Origin: Cirrosporium novae-zelandiae | Taxonomy: Eukaryota | NCBI GenBank assembly: GCA_026023565.1 | Contig: JAPETS010000021.1 | Location: 62,001-126,000 of the forward strand | Length of the DNA: 64,000 bases | Direction of reading: 5' to 3' | Shown: positions 26,377 to 37,079 of the stretch, piece by piece | Numbering within the stretch: the stretch's first letter is position 1 | How the letters are laid out: each line of letters opens with the position of its first letter | The notes under the pieces: generated by a model | The model's input: only the letters and a program-made list of their open reading frames with translations | Told to the model about the DNA's origin: nothing | Databases searched by the model: none | Made by a program: the position numbers and the translations under genes

Positions 26377-26983
26377 TCTCGTGAGCATTATCGTAGCACC
26401 ACAGCAACAGGAAAGTAGCTGCTGAAATGCGTCTGATTAACTTAAACTTGAGTTTCCGGTAGATTTTACAGCTAACTCATGCCATCCTCTTCTAGTACTG
26501 TTTCATGCGTGGATTGAGTTTAAAACGAGAATCCGAACATTGGGAATTTTCTGCATGCATCGAATAATATCTGAGTCGACACTTCACAGATCTTCAGAAG
26601 TCAGTTATCAGACATTAGACAGGCAGACGTCGCTGTAGCCTGCTGGTCGGGTAGAAGCGCTCTGGGCTGATGGTACTGAAAAGTTGTCAGCATGGTTGTT
26701 CATGCACTTTGTTATTTAAACAGCAAGTCCTGCTGCATTCGCTCATTACCATCTCCTCTAGGGATCTTCTACAAACAATACATTCATTCTACTCTCATTG
26801 CTGAGCCAGCACTACCAGCTATTCTTTGCTTTTGCTAATTAAGTTGGTAATTTCTACCAAACCTTCATCTCAGCAGACATTAACAAAACTCTCATATCGT
26901 AAGCTTTCGCTCCAAATTCAAATGCAGCTCCTTACGGATGGCTAGTAGAACCGGAACTTCATCGTCTGCCAAACCCAGCAAAG

Positions 26984-27283
26984 ATGTGCTGGTTGGTACA
27001 CCCTGCTCCTATGTACCATCCCTTGTGTGGGCATAGGGTGAATCAGCCTCCGGCTCTACGGCATCAAATGTGCCCTGAGGCTGAGAACCGGTCGCCGCCA
27101 TCATGGTGTAATCCAATTCGGCACATGTATCAAGCTTCGAGCACCAATCGACATGCAGTATGTGAGGAATGTCGCAACAAGCGTGCAGGACCTAAGAAGG
27201 ATGGCGATGACGATACTGGAGCTGGTGGCTCAAATTCAGCTTATGTTACCCAGCGTAGTGAAATCCGAGGCCAGAAGCAATAA
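26984..27283 (+). CDS. Small Cys/His-rich protein (99 aa), putative Zn-binding
   Basis: MC..Y..LCGH..C..C..CEEC pattern; TATTTAAA at ~26713, probable 5'UTR intron (GTAAGC ~26899 to TAG ~26948), AAAGATG start context. Confidence 0.6.
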   Translation: MCWLVHPAPMYHPLCGHRVNQPPALRHQMCPEAENRSPPSWCNPIRHMYQASSTNRHAVCEECRNKRAGPKKDGDDDTGAGGSNSAYVTQRSEIRGQKQ

Positions 27284-29217
27284 TTTTTCCATGGTGAAAC
27301 GGTTGCGACCAAGAATTTGCCATGCCTTGAGATTCGGCCTCACTTTCTATCTATGTTACGTCATATATGATGAGCTTAACAGATTGCTATTGTGATAGAG
27401 TAGGGTGATAACCCTATTCGCCTGTTCAACCGGCTGCCACACAGGTACTAAGCGAGGGACTTCCTCATTAGAGTCCCGGGGATAACCTGGGTTTAAGTGT
27501 TTTCGTATAAAAGCGTAAAGGGGGGGGGGTTCCAGGAATCTAGACAATACTATTTTTCTTTGGGTAGACTGACATATGAACATTCTAATAAAGTTTGCTT
27601 TTATTCTTCTATAACTATCCTTGATCCATGCATTCGGCACTCCTCCTCCACTTTATATCAAAGATGCGAACCTGCTCTACTATACTATCTTAGCCCCATA
27701 TGATCAATTCAAGTGGCGAGTTATGTTCTATGGTAAACGAGATCATTGGTGTCCCATTCGTAGTTTAAGCCAGTCCGTCATCCAGAGCGGGGTCTGGTCG
27801 AGGCGAAGTAGTACACAAAAATGTTTGTTTTACCATATCCCGTGTAATTTAATGCTATTTGATGTTGGATTGGTTCGACAACCCCATGGGCGGATTCAGA
27901 CAGGCTGTCATGGTTACAACTTGATAGTGAGCCTAGCCTTAAGTTTTTGGTTATACATGGTGGCGTAGGATGAAGAGACAAGACAAGGCTGCTTTTTTCA
28001 CTTTCGGTTATTGAAATATATTATCTTAACTCACTAGCATGGTCCTTTCGCCACTGACCTGATTCTCTTCATATTCTACTCATTTCTTTTCCTAAGGCAG
28101 CAACAAAAGACTGAGGCAATTTTTATCCTACAATCAATACGTCCCAAACAAAGTAACGGTGGGCCAAGGCATAGTTCTTCTGGTCGGGGAGACTTCTGGC
28201 CAAGGAGTGCTTCACAGATTCTATCCGTTCGTCCACAATCTGTTGTATATCCAAGCCATCATGCTGCTCGATGGTTCTTTCACACATTAGTGTGAGGATA
28301 ACAAGGATAGGTCTTGCGAGATATGTGTAAAAGCATCCCTCTCAATGTAAGTATGCGTTCGAGCCAAGTTTGCTGGTGAGGCTGCATTCTCCAAATGTGA
28401 GTCATCTTTGATGCGTTGTATAAATTGTGATTAATCGTATATAGGCGTAAGAAAAGCATTATTTATCGATCCTCAGCTGGCAGTATCTGTCTTGGATATC
28501 CCTACGAAAATCTGTGATGCTCGAAAACGAGCGGCTCGGGTCTAGCCTTACAGTTTCGTTGCTATCAGTTTCAGGCAATCGTGCCCGAATCAAACCCGCC
28601 TCTTTTGGAGGAATGAAGATGGCTAGAAGCGGATAGAACCAACTGCGCTCAGAGTAGAAAACCCTAGATGACATACTGAAGCATACAAAGGGCCGTGCAG
28701 GCGTTCATACGCCCAAATATACTTAAGAGGCCAAGCTAACTCCTCCCAGCAATCACTAATTGGGCCTGCCTCAAAGGTGTGGGCTACTCACCATCCTTCC
28801 AATAAGAGGATGACATATAGATGGTCAAAAACTAGGAATGACTATTTTCGAGAAAATCAAATATCCGTTGAATGAAACAATTCTCAGTCCTCGATTACAG
28901 GAGAATGAATTGAGTCATAATCTCAAACCGCATATCATCAGTATGAAAAACCACATGACAAAGTGCGCTCATAAGATGAACCACCTATTTTATATACGTT
29001 CCCCAACAAAGAAAAAAAAGTAGTAACCAATTTATTTCTTAATATTTCAATATTAGAAAGTACACTAACATAGGTCTTTTTATTTTAATAAAAGGGATGG
29101 AAAGGAATCTGGAGCTTTGCTTTTGGAAGCAATTCAGGTGGAGTCTTTTCTCCCCGTGAGTTACTTGTTATCTCACTAATATTAAATCTATCGTTCGCTA
29201 AGGGATATGTCTTAAAT

Positions 29218-30634
29218 ATGATTTATTCTCTCCTAGAGAAATTTTGCGAGTCCGCTGACTGCATCTGCCAACTGGCTGCCCGGTGGCGAATGAATAATGA
29301 CTGCCTTTTTATATCAATGGACTGTGGCTCCTTCAACCATAGCATTCGACTTCACTGGGATGATGGCGGGCAAGACTGGTTAATTCGTTTTCCGATACCG
29401 GGGAGTTCTATGCTCTGCGACGAGAAAACATGCAACGAAGTCGCCGTGATGAAGTTTATTGAGCAAAACACTAATATTCCTGTCCCTCATGTTGTGGGAT
29501 ATGGAATGTCGGACGAGAATCCTACAGGCCTTGGACCTTTCATAGTCATGACTTGGGTTGAGGGTAGGACAATGTCAGATATCCTCAAGGCCAAAACATC
29601 AAACAATGAGGATGAGAATATACTGGACCCAGACATAGATGAAGCGATACTGAAGACTCTATGGCCAGATGGCTGATGTCCTGTTGAAACTTTCGAAGCA
29701 TTCTTTTGATCTTATTGGTTCCCTAGATCTGGATGAAGAAAACAATTCGTGGTCTGTCAAAAGTCGGCCCCTAGGTCTGGAATATAACGAGATGTTGAGA
29801 TGTGCACATCTTTCAGATAATCACTGGCCCCCAAGAGTTTATTCGACAGCTACCGATTACTTTTATAAAAAGTCTGAACTCCGTCTCACCCATCTTCACA
29901 AACAACGAAACAGTGCCTATACTTCAAGCGACTGCCGAGAGAAATACGCTTCCAGCCACCTCTTTCGAGCAATCATGCCTCATTTTATAAACTGCGGCGA
30001 AGACCACGGCCCATTTAAACTATTCTGCGACGATTTCTGCCCCAGGAATGTACTCGTGGACGACTCCCTTCAAATTACAGCTGTTATCGACTGGGAATTT
30101 TGCTATTCCGCTCCAGCTCAATTTTTAGGTAGTCTACCTTGGTGGCTTCTACTTGGTCGGCCAGATGTATGGCTTTCCCGTATACTGCCAAAGAATTTCT
30201 TAGCGCTCTATACTCCAAAATTCGAGCTCTTCTGTCAGATTATGGAAGAGAAGGAAAATGCCGGCGCAGGGTATCCGACTGAGCATCCTTCTGAACGACT
30301 GTCGGTTCAAATGCGTCGTTCAATGGAAAGCAAAACAATCTGGTTCAATGCCGCTGCCCGGTCCTGTTATGGCTTCGACCGAATATATTGGGACATGCTT
30401 GACGAGTTCTGTTTTGGACCGCAGGAGTCTATTGCAGAGAGAGTCACCAAAGCCACTACCGATGTAGGCATGTATAGTGATCGGGAAGATTTGGTGCGCC
30501 GGAAGATTGAAGATCTTCGCGAGTATTATGCGGCGAGAGGCTGTGACAAGGAGGTTAGATATGAAGCAGAAGATATCAGTTTGAAATTGACTGATCCAAC
30601 AGCTAATTTCAAGGCAGGTGTTTTAAGTTATTAG
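29218..30634 (+). pseudogene. APH-like phosphotransferase with one frameshift at ~29660
   Basis: GSFN...LIRFPIPG...EVAVMKFI...IPVPHV...GPFIVMTWVEG, then CDDFCPRNVLVDD...VIDWEFCY; the two ORFs join as KTL(Y)GQMAD if 2 nt are restored. Confidence 0.78.
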
Positions 30635-31009
30635 ACTTCTTAACACAATATTTAATTTATCCTATACCACCTATCCTCTACATATGACCCTTACTGACTC
30701 TCACTTCGTCAGGCCCTCCCCTCAGATAACCAGGATATCAGTTCTGCGCCTGTAGTTGTCAAAGAGATTGAGGAAAAAACTCTAGAGCAATCTCTTACCG
30801 TCGTGAGTTATAACAGTTATTCTATATTATGCTATCCTGCTCATTACCCTTCAGACTTCCCTTCAAGACAACCAGGACCAAAGCCCCAGATCATCAATAT
30901 CCAAAACCTAGAACCCATAGACTACTTATAATAATGTCATATAAACTATATGACAACGCGCCTTGCACTCCCAGCTCAGCTATTTTATCCACGTTTCCAT
31001 ACTGTAGCC

Positions 31010-31711
31010 ATGTCAAAAAGACTGAGATTAGATGACAATGATAATCCAACAGCAGCGCAATCCCCAGGCCTTCAAACCTTGTCACGTGCATCAATATTTA
31101 ATAGAAACACGTTGCAAAAGCTGCAAAAGGCAATGGAGCTTAATGCTGAAGTTGATTTAACCTCGGTATTACCATTCAATTACGCTGAGAGGCTCGCGAG
31201 AATGAAGAATGAAAACGGTAAGAAACGGTATTCCTCAATCCTGCGGTACCTAACCTAAGCTTATCTCTTGTCTATGTAGAGAGTCAGGTGCTGATATCTG
31301 TCCCGAGTGTTAAACCAAAACCAAAACGAATGGAAAAAGATAAATTCAATTCTATACGGCTTCCTACAAATCCGGCCAAGATTGTGTATCCTTTATCAGA
31401 TTCAGTCAAAAATATGTTTTCTTCCAACGGTCAAGTCGTCCTGGTGATACCGACGTTGATCTATCGGAAGCTCTTGCCAAAATTCTAGAAAAAAGTGATA
31501 TTATATGGCAGTCAGACATCTCTCGTGGTTGTGTGGTCGCTAAATGTACTTCGGAAGTGGTGGTAAAGATTGTCACAAACATGATGAACTATACAGAATA
31601 TACGAGTATGCAGTATCTTCAGGTTCACAAACCGGAAATACCAACTCCCAGGCCACATGGTTTGGTCACCTCTGGCAAAACGGCCTATATATTCATGTCC
31701 TTCATCCCAGC
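31010..31711 (+). pseudogene. N-terminal half of an APH-like phosphotransferase (intron ~31218-31280, frameshift ~31440)
   Basis: IVYPLSDSV...VVVKIV....TEYTSMQYL...PEIPTPRPHGLV......YIFMSFIP, then abrupt end. Confidence 0.75.
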
Positions 31712-33196
31712 CTGACAGTATAGACAGCAAGTTTAAGTACCTAAATAAGGTTTACTCGCGTTAACTAACTAATTAATTAGCGGGGTACTCGAGTACAGTA
31801 GCCATATCCTTTTTTTAGCTTAGGGACTAACATACTTTAGCTTAATCTTTAACTAGACGACGTCTACCCTAACAAACAGAACTGATGCCAATGTATTTTT
31901 GTACAGTACATGTAACCTTCCACGTAAATACGATACGATACGATCTCTCTCTTCCAATATTTCTAAGTCAAGTTAAGATTATTTGTTTTGTGATAAGAGA
32001 TAAAAGAGTTGGTAGTATAGTAGTGGTGGTTTAGTATGTCGAAAGTACCTAGGTAGGTATTAAAGAAACAGTTAAGGCAGGTAGTCGATACAAAGCTCTC
32101 TTTTACGTTTTTTTGTATAAATATGCTTGCTCTTAGGTACCACTTACAGGAAGGGGGAGATGGGTACCATCTATCCATTTTTTTTCATAGGGAAGGGGCA
32201 GGAACAGGACAGAACAGGAACAGAATAGAATAGGAACAGGACCAAAACCACAACGTCTTCCTCCAGCGAATAATATTTTCGTTTTCAACCATGACATAGT
32301 AGTAGATATAAGTTGTTGGTTACCAATTTCACCTCTAAGAGTATGCTATGCTTGCCTATGTGTAAAAGGATCTAGGAAATTTTCTAACTTAATTATACAA
32401 ATTTGGAGCATAGAAGGAGGTTCTATACTGACTGACTTTTTATTACGATTGTAAAGAAAAATAAAAGCTATACTTTTCGTGGACGAGGAGACTCAAGGGG
32501 GGTCACTATGTATGTTAGCTAGCTGCCTAACATAAATTTCTGTGGGGGAAATCTGATCTGCACTCTTCGATTTAATCAAGGTATTTCATAGAGACTTATG
32601 AATTCTATGCATAGATCTGATAAAGGTGGGGTATAAATTATACCTACAAGATTCCGCATGACTATAACTAATTTTGTCTGAAGCAACCGAGGAGACAACT
32701 CTAGTCAAATGTCACATATGCTTTCCTTGTTAATTATAGACTATCTGCTTACTTACCTTTATCTTTACCCTCTTTCGATCCGTCAAAGAAACCTCATCTT
32801 CTCTGAGTGAATATTATTTAAAATGATTAAATTGGCTTCTTTGTTGTTATTACCTTGATTCCACTTCCTATCTATAAAAGAGAAAAATGCCTTTAATATT
32901 GCACCATCCCCATATGGGCATAGTCTATATCCTAGAGCATGAAGTATCGATCCTTGCAAGCAGGGCATGTCCAAAGATCTCATTAGATTCTCAACTTGAT
33001 GTCCAAGGAAGGGAGTTTCAAAACTGAATATGCTCTAAACTGAACTTGGGGCTCAGTGACTTTTTTCAAGACCCTACTAGCATTTCGACTGCGACGTTAT
33101 ATATCGTACGTCAAGATGCTAAAGAAACGAATTCTCATTCAACAAGATCACTTCTCATAGTATGATGCATCGCGCCTATATTCCATTTCCTAGCTG

Positions 33197-33994
33197 TCAT
33201 GAAGTGGTTTCGGAATTCTCAACTAGACCCCGCAGCTTTCTGATATCTCCCATCACATCATCCATGTCCTTGTACTCTCCATTCCAGCAACGTTGGAGAA
33301 TGTTTCCTAACAATAGATTCTGCACAGGTGGAAATTCATTCGCTGCATATAGCCCTTGGACCCGAGCCCCCAATTGTCCTATACTCAGTTCTACCTCCAG
33401 CTCATGATAAGGCGGATGCCCAGATTCAATTTCGAACAATGTTGATCCAAAAGCAAAAATATCTGTTTGAACACTGATTTCAGGTGTGGCTGGACGGTAG
33501 CTACACCATTCGTAGCAAACTATTGCCTCCTGCCCATCAATGCTGGAGCCACCAAAATCGATAAACTTTATATGTCCGTCTGAATCTAGAATCAGATTAT
33601 GGCAGCCCACATCAGCCTGAACAATTCCGTTTTGATGTATATAAAGCAAGCCTTCTGCCGCCTCCTCTGCCCAGCGTAGTTTCTGGGCCGGTGGGATGGT
33701 TGATATTTTTACTTCTCGATACCTTTTTCGAAGGCACTCCCCCCGTTCCAATACGATTCCATCACTCGTCACTCCGTAAAAGTGAGCTATTCGGGGGTGA
33801 TCGCCAAGACGTCTGTACGCACGAATTTCGATATTGTAAGCGGCGTCTTCTTCGTTGCGCTGTTGGTTGTTTGATGATTGAAAATAACGTTTCACTATTT
33901 TTTGTTTGTCCAAAGCGTAGATGACTGCAATTGTTCCAATAGCAACGACCTCGGCTATATCTCGATTGAGCTCTGGAAGAATATGTGTCTCCAT
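33197..33994 (-). CDS. Minimal intronless protein kinase-like protein (~265 aa from METHIL)
   Basis: AIGTIAVIY, IVKRY, IEIRAYRRLGDHPRI, IVQADVGCHNLIL, FIDFGGS, TDIFAFGSTLFEI.SG.PPY, ILQRCW. Confidence 0.85.
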   Translation of the reverse strand: METHILPELNRDIAEVVAIGTIAVIYALDKQKIVKRYFQSSNNQQRNEEDAAYNIEIRAYRRLGDHPRIAHFYGVTSDGIVLERGECLRKRYREVKISTIPPAQKLRWAEEAAEGLLYIHQNGIVQADVGCHNLILDSDGHIKFIDFGGSSIDGQEAIVCYEWCSYRPATPEISVQTDIFAFGSTLFEIESGHPPYHELEVELSIGQLGARVQGLYAANEFPPVQNLLLGNILQRCWNGEYKDMDDVMGDIRKLRGLVENSETTS

Positions 33995-34216
33995 TGCTAG
34001 GTGATGGGGGCGTTGAAAAACTAACAAAGGCAATTAAGAGTAGTTGCATCAATCAGCAGCAAAGATGCCAATAACTATTATTGAATTGATGGTCTAGAAA
34101 GCTATCCGAAGCGATATGCCAGAAGTTATAAATCTCATGCATGACTAATACTTTGTGCTACCAATAGCTAAGCTAGCGTTGCATTCATGAATTTCCACTC
34201 TCACAAACAATTTCGT

Positions 34217-34542
34217 TTAATCCATGTATTCCTTCATAAATGATATGTCAGCTTTAAGGCACCTATAGAATAGTTGGCTAGCACACTAACGTCTTCAGGA
34301 ACGACACTCCCTACTGAAACGCCTGAATCACGATCATACGGACATCTTCCTCCTCGAACGCTTCGTCCAAAAAGTCCTAAACTTGCATCAAACCTCGCGT
34401 CATCACAGATTCTTCCTGTTTGCTTTGCCGTGTCGCATCGATAATAGTGCCGTTTAATATTGGTATGTTTGTTGATATTGCCTTGTGCATCCACCCGTGG
34501 ACAATTATTATATACTATCGAAGTTTGGGTATACCTGCACAT
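34217..34542 (-). CDS. Small Cys/His-rich protein (~90 aa; probable 3' intron ~34290-34232)
   Basis: MCRY...VYNNC...KH...YRC...ICDD...GRCPYD; acceptor-like TTTAG immediately before ATG; GTTAGT..GCTGAC..AAG intron gives ...PEDEYMD*. Confidence 0.55.
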
Positions 34543-35623
34543 TTCTAAAATACGGCTGGCTCTGATAGGCAAGTAAAAAAGTAAGAAGTTATAAGCGGAG
34601 ATCAAAATAAATCTTATATAAATCGTACTCGATAGGTTATATAGCAGCAGACCATGAAGGAAAACTTGATATGAAAGCGGCAATTTTCAAAAGATGTAAA
34701 AGGATAACGGGGATGGAAGTCGGGAATACTTGCACTTTTAAAGCTTACCGATAGATAGCAGTTGTCGACGAGGCAACCGGTTCGCAACGGAGCAGAGCCT
34801 CAATTACTTTTGTAAAGGTATTGTGACGTGTTTAATCATGCAGTCAGCTATAATTCCCAAGGGGGAGGGATGAGGGGGTTCAATTCCCCCTTGTCTAGAC
34901 TGACAGCTAAATCATCACTGAATAATCAAGGAGGGCTTATAAATAAAGAGATGAAGGAACCAATAGGCTTGACTATTTATAGGAACTATCATCTCGATTT
35001 GCTCGTTCACATCCACGAAGAAAAAAAAAAACGGAGATGGGTGTAGACACTGCGGCCATTGTCCAACCTTGGCACGCCCAAAAGGAAAAGAAAAGTCGGA
35101 AATCTGTATCCACTCACTCACTAAGCCGGACGAGTCAAAAAAGGGTTGTCCTCTTGCATATTGAATGGCATGAACCGATCAGTTGTAGGCTCAATGCACA
35201 CGCCTACAAGAGTCTGGGGTTGTTACCCAGAGAAATAGAAAGGTGTGTGACCAGACAATTATGCGAGCAATAGTACTTTAGAATATGTATATTGAGTTCT
35301 AAGTTCTCGGAGAGGGAAGGAGATGGTGCACATCCTAGCTCATGTGTTCGTATCTCCCAAACTAGCCCAAGGGAGGGGGGTCAAAAAGATTTAATTGGCC
35401 CAATTAATATAATCTTGAGATTGAAGAACATTCATTGAAAAAAGTCTGCTGCCTGATACTACTTGGAGATAGTTGTATGACTTATCATAATCCTTCTATG
35501 GCAGTCCAGTGGATGCCAAGGACCGAATTTTGGCAAAGTGACCACCTCTCAGTCGTTGTCCAACTGTAGGGCGGTTACGTTACACGGAGCTTAGACGGTG
35601 TCATGATTCTCACGCTCGAACTG

Positions 35624-35868
35624 CTATGTCGGAACATCTTCTTGTTGTGTACCATCTCTAAGCCATGACGTCAACCATTCATGGTCCAACATCTCAGCGG
35701 CTGATTTCCTCTTCTCTGCATCGAGGGCTAGCATACCTTTCAAAAGGCCAACAAAAACTGGGACTTCGGTTTGTGGCATATTCTCCGGTCTTTGAAGCAC
35801 TTCGTTTTCGCCGTTTATCAGGCTCTCAAGACTTGTAGGATTCAGTTGCGGGATACGCAGAAGGTTTC
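35624..35868 (-). pseudogene. Orphan last exon of an SRPK/CMGC-like kinase
   Basis: After TACTAAT...TAG acceptor: GNLLRIPQLNPTSLESL...FVGLLKGMLALDAEKRKSAAEMLDHEWL (kinase subdomain XI); no recognisable upstream kinase exons. Confidence 0.65.
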
Positions 35869-36539
35869 CTATAAATTATAATTAGTACATATCAAAATCT
35901 ATTGTACTAAGGCTTCCCAGGTCTGAAATGATACTTGCGAAAAACATCAAGCGTGGTCAATATTCAAGGCAGAAAAACTGATCTAGGCTGAAGGGTTATT
36001 TTGTTCTATTATGTACCTTTTTTGTCAAAAAACCTTTCTGTCATCAGTGTTGTGAATAGAGTAGCCCAAATAGACGGTCTATCGTAAACGGTCTATAGAC
36101 CTTAGATTAGATAAAAGATTAGATAAGTCACGTGGAGATAATATATAATATTAAAGGGGGAGGAGGGAGGGGCTAATTAACGTAACACAGCCAAAGGATC
36201 CCGAATTTTAGTTCAAGTTGTCGATCGATTGGTTGTTCAGCTCTTTCTTTCTTCTTTTTCTTTGATCGCGTTACACCAACAGCATTAACAGGCAACAACC
36301 TATATGGTGTGTATTAGGGCAAATCTGTTAAAAGCAGCACCCGACAAGCAGTAACTAGCAGAGTTGACCCCTTCCATTAAACTTGGTCGCTTTTCCTTTT
36401 CGAGTTTCATTTTCATCGTTATGAGAGAGAGAGAAAGAGGAAGCCTTTGTTTCCGATTATGAAGTATTATTGTTGTGTTACACCTACCACAAAATCAACC
36501 AAGCCTGAAAAAAGAGCTCTTGCCTTGATCCTAGATAAT

Positions 36540-37025
36540 GGCCATAATACCATCTCTTGGGATGGCTGTCAGCCCATTTGGGACGACCAAAGTCTGGTCA
36601 GCAGCTCTGACGTTGCGAAGAAAGACCAGGTACGTAAATTTTTATTTTTTTACAAAAAAACCAAACCTCAATCACCAAGACATATATGCCCGTCGTTTCT
36701 AGGTTGCGATGTTCGGTGTCAAGGGGAGACTCGCAACCCCTGACGGGGGCATTCGAGACTTTGCTATATGATACTGTTTCGATTCAGCCTTTGGGGAAAA
36801 AAAAAATACTTTGTTTATGCTAGGATCAAGGATCCGATGACAGAGGATATGGAGGCAGCAAATATCGTTTTTGATACGGCGTCGCCTTCTGCGGCCGAGG
36901 AACGATTTGAAGAATTCGTTCTTGACATGAATAAGGTCTTGGGCTCTAAGGGATTGTTACAAGCTATCCGTTGGTTCATGGACTTGAAAGGAGAGAGTGA
37001 TGAGAGAGAATTTTGCCACGTATGA
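36540..37025 (+). pseudogene. Degenerate hypothetical gene
   Basis: Protein-like segments either side of a GTACGT..TAG intron (~36630-36702), with an internal stop and a frameshift. Confidence 0.3.
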
Positions 37026-37079
37026 GATTAGGATATACAACATGAATTTCGTGAGTTTGTCTAGGGCCATAGATGTAGA

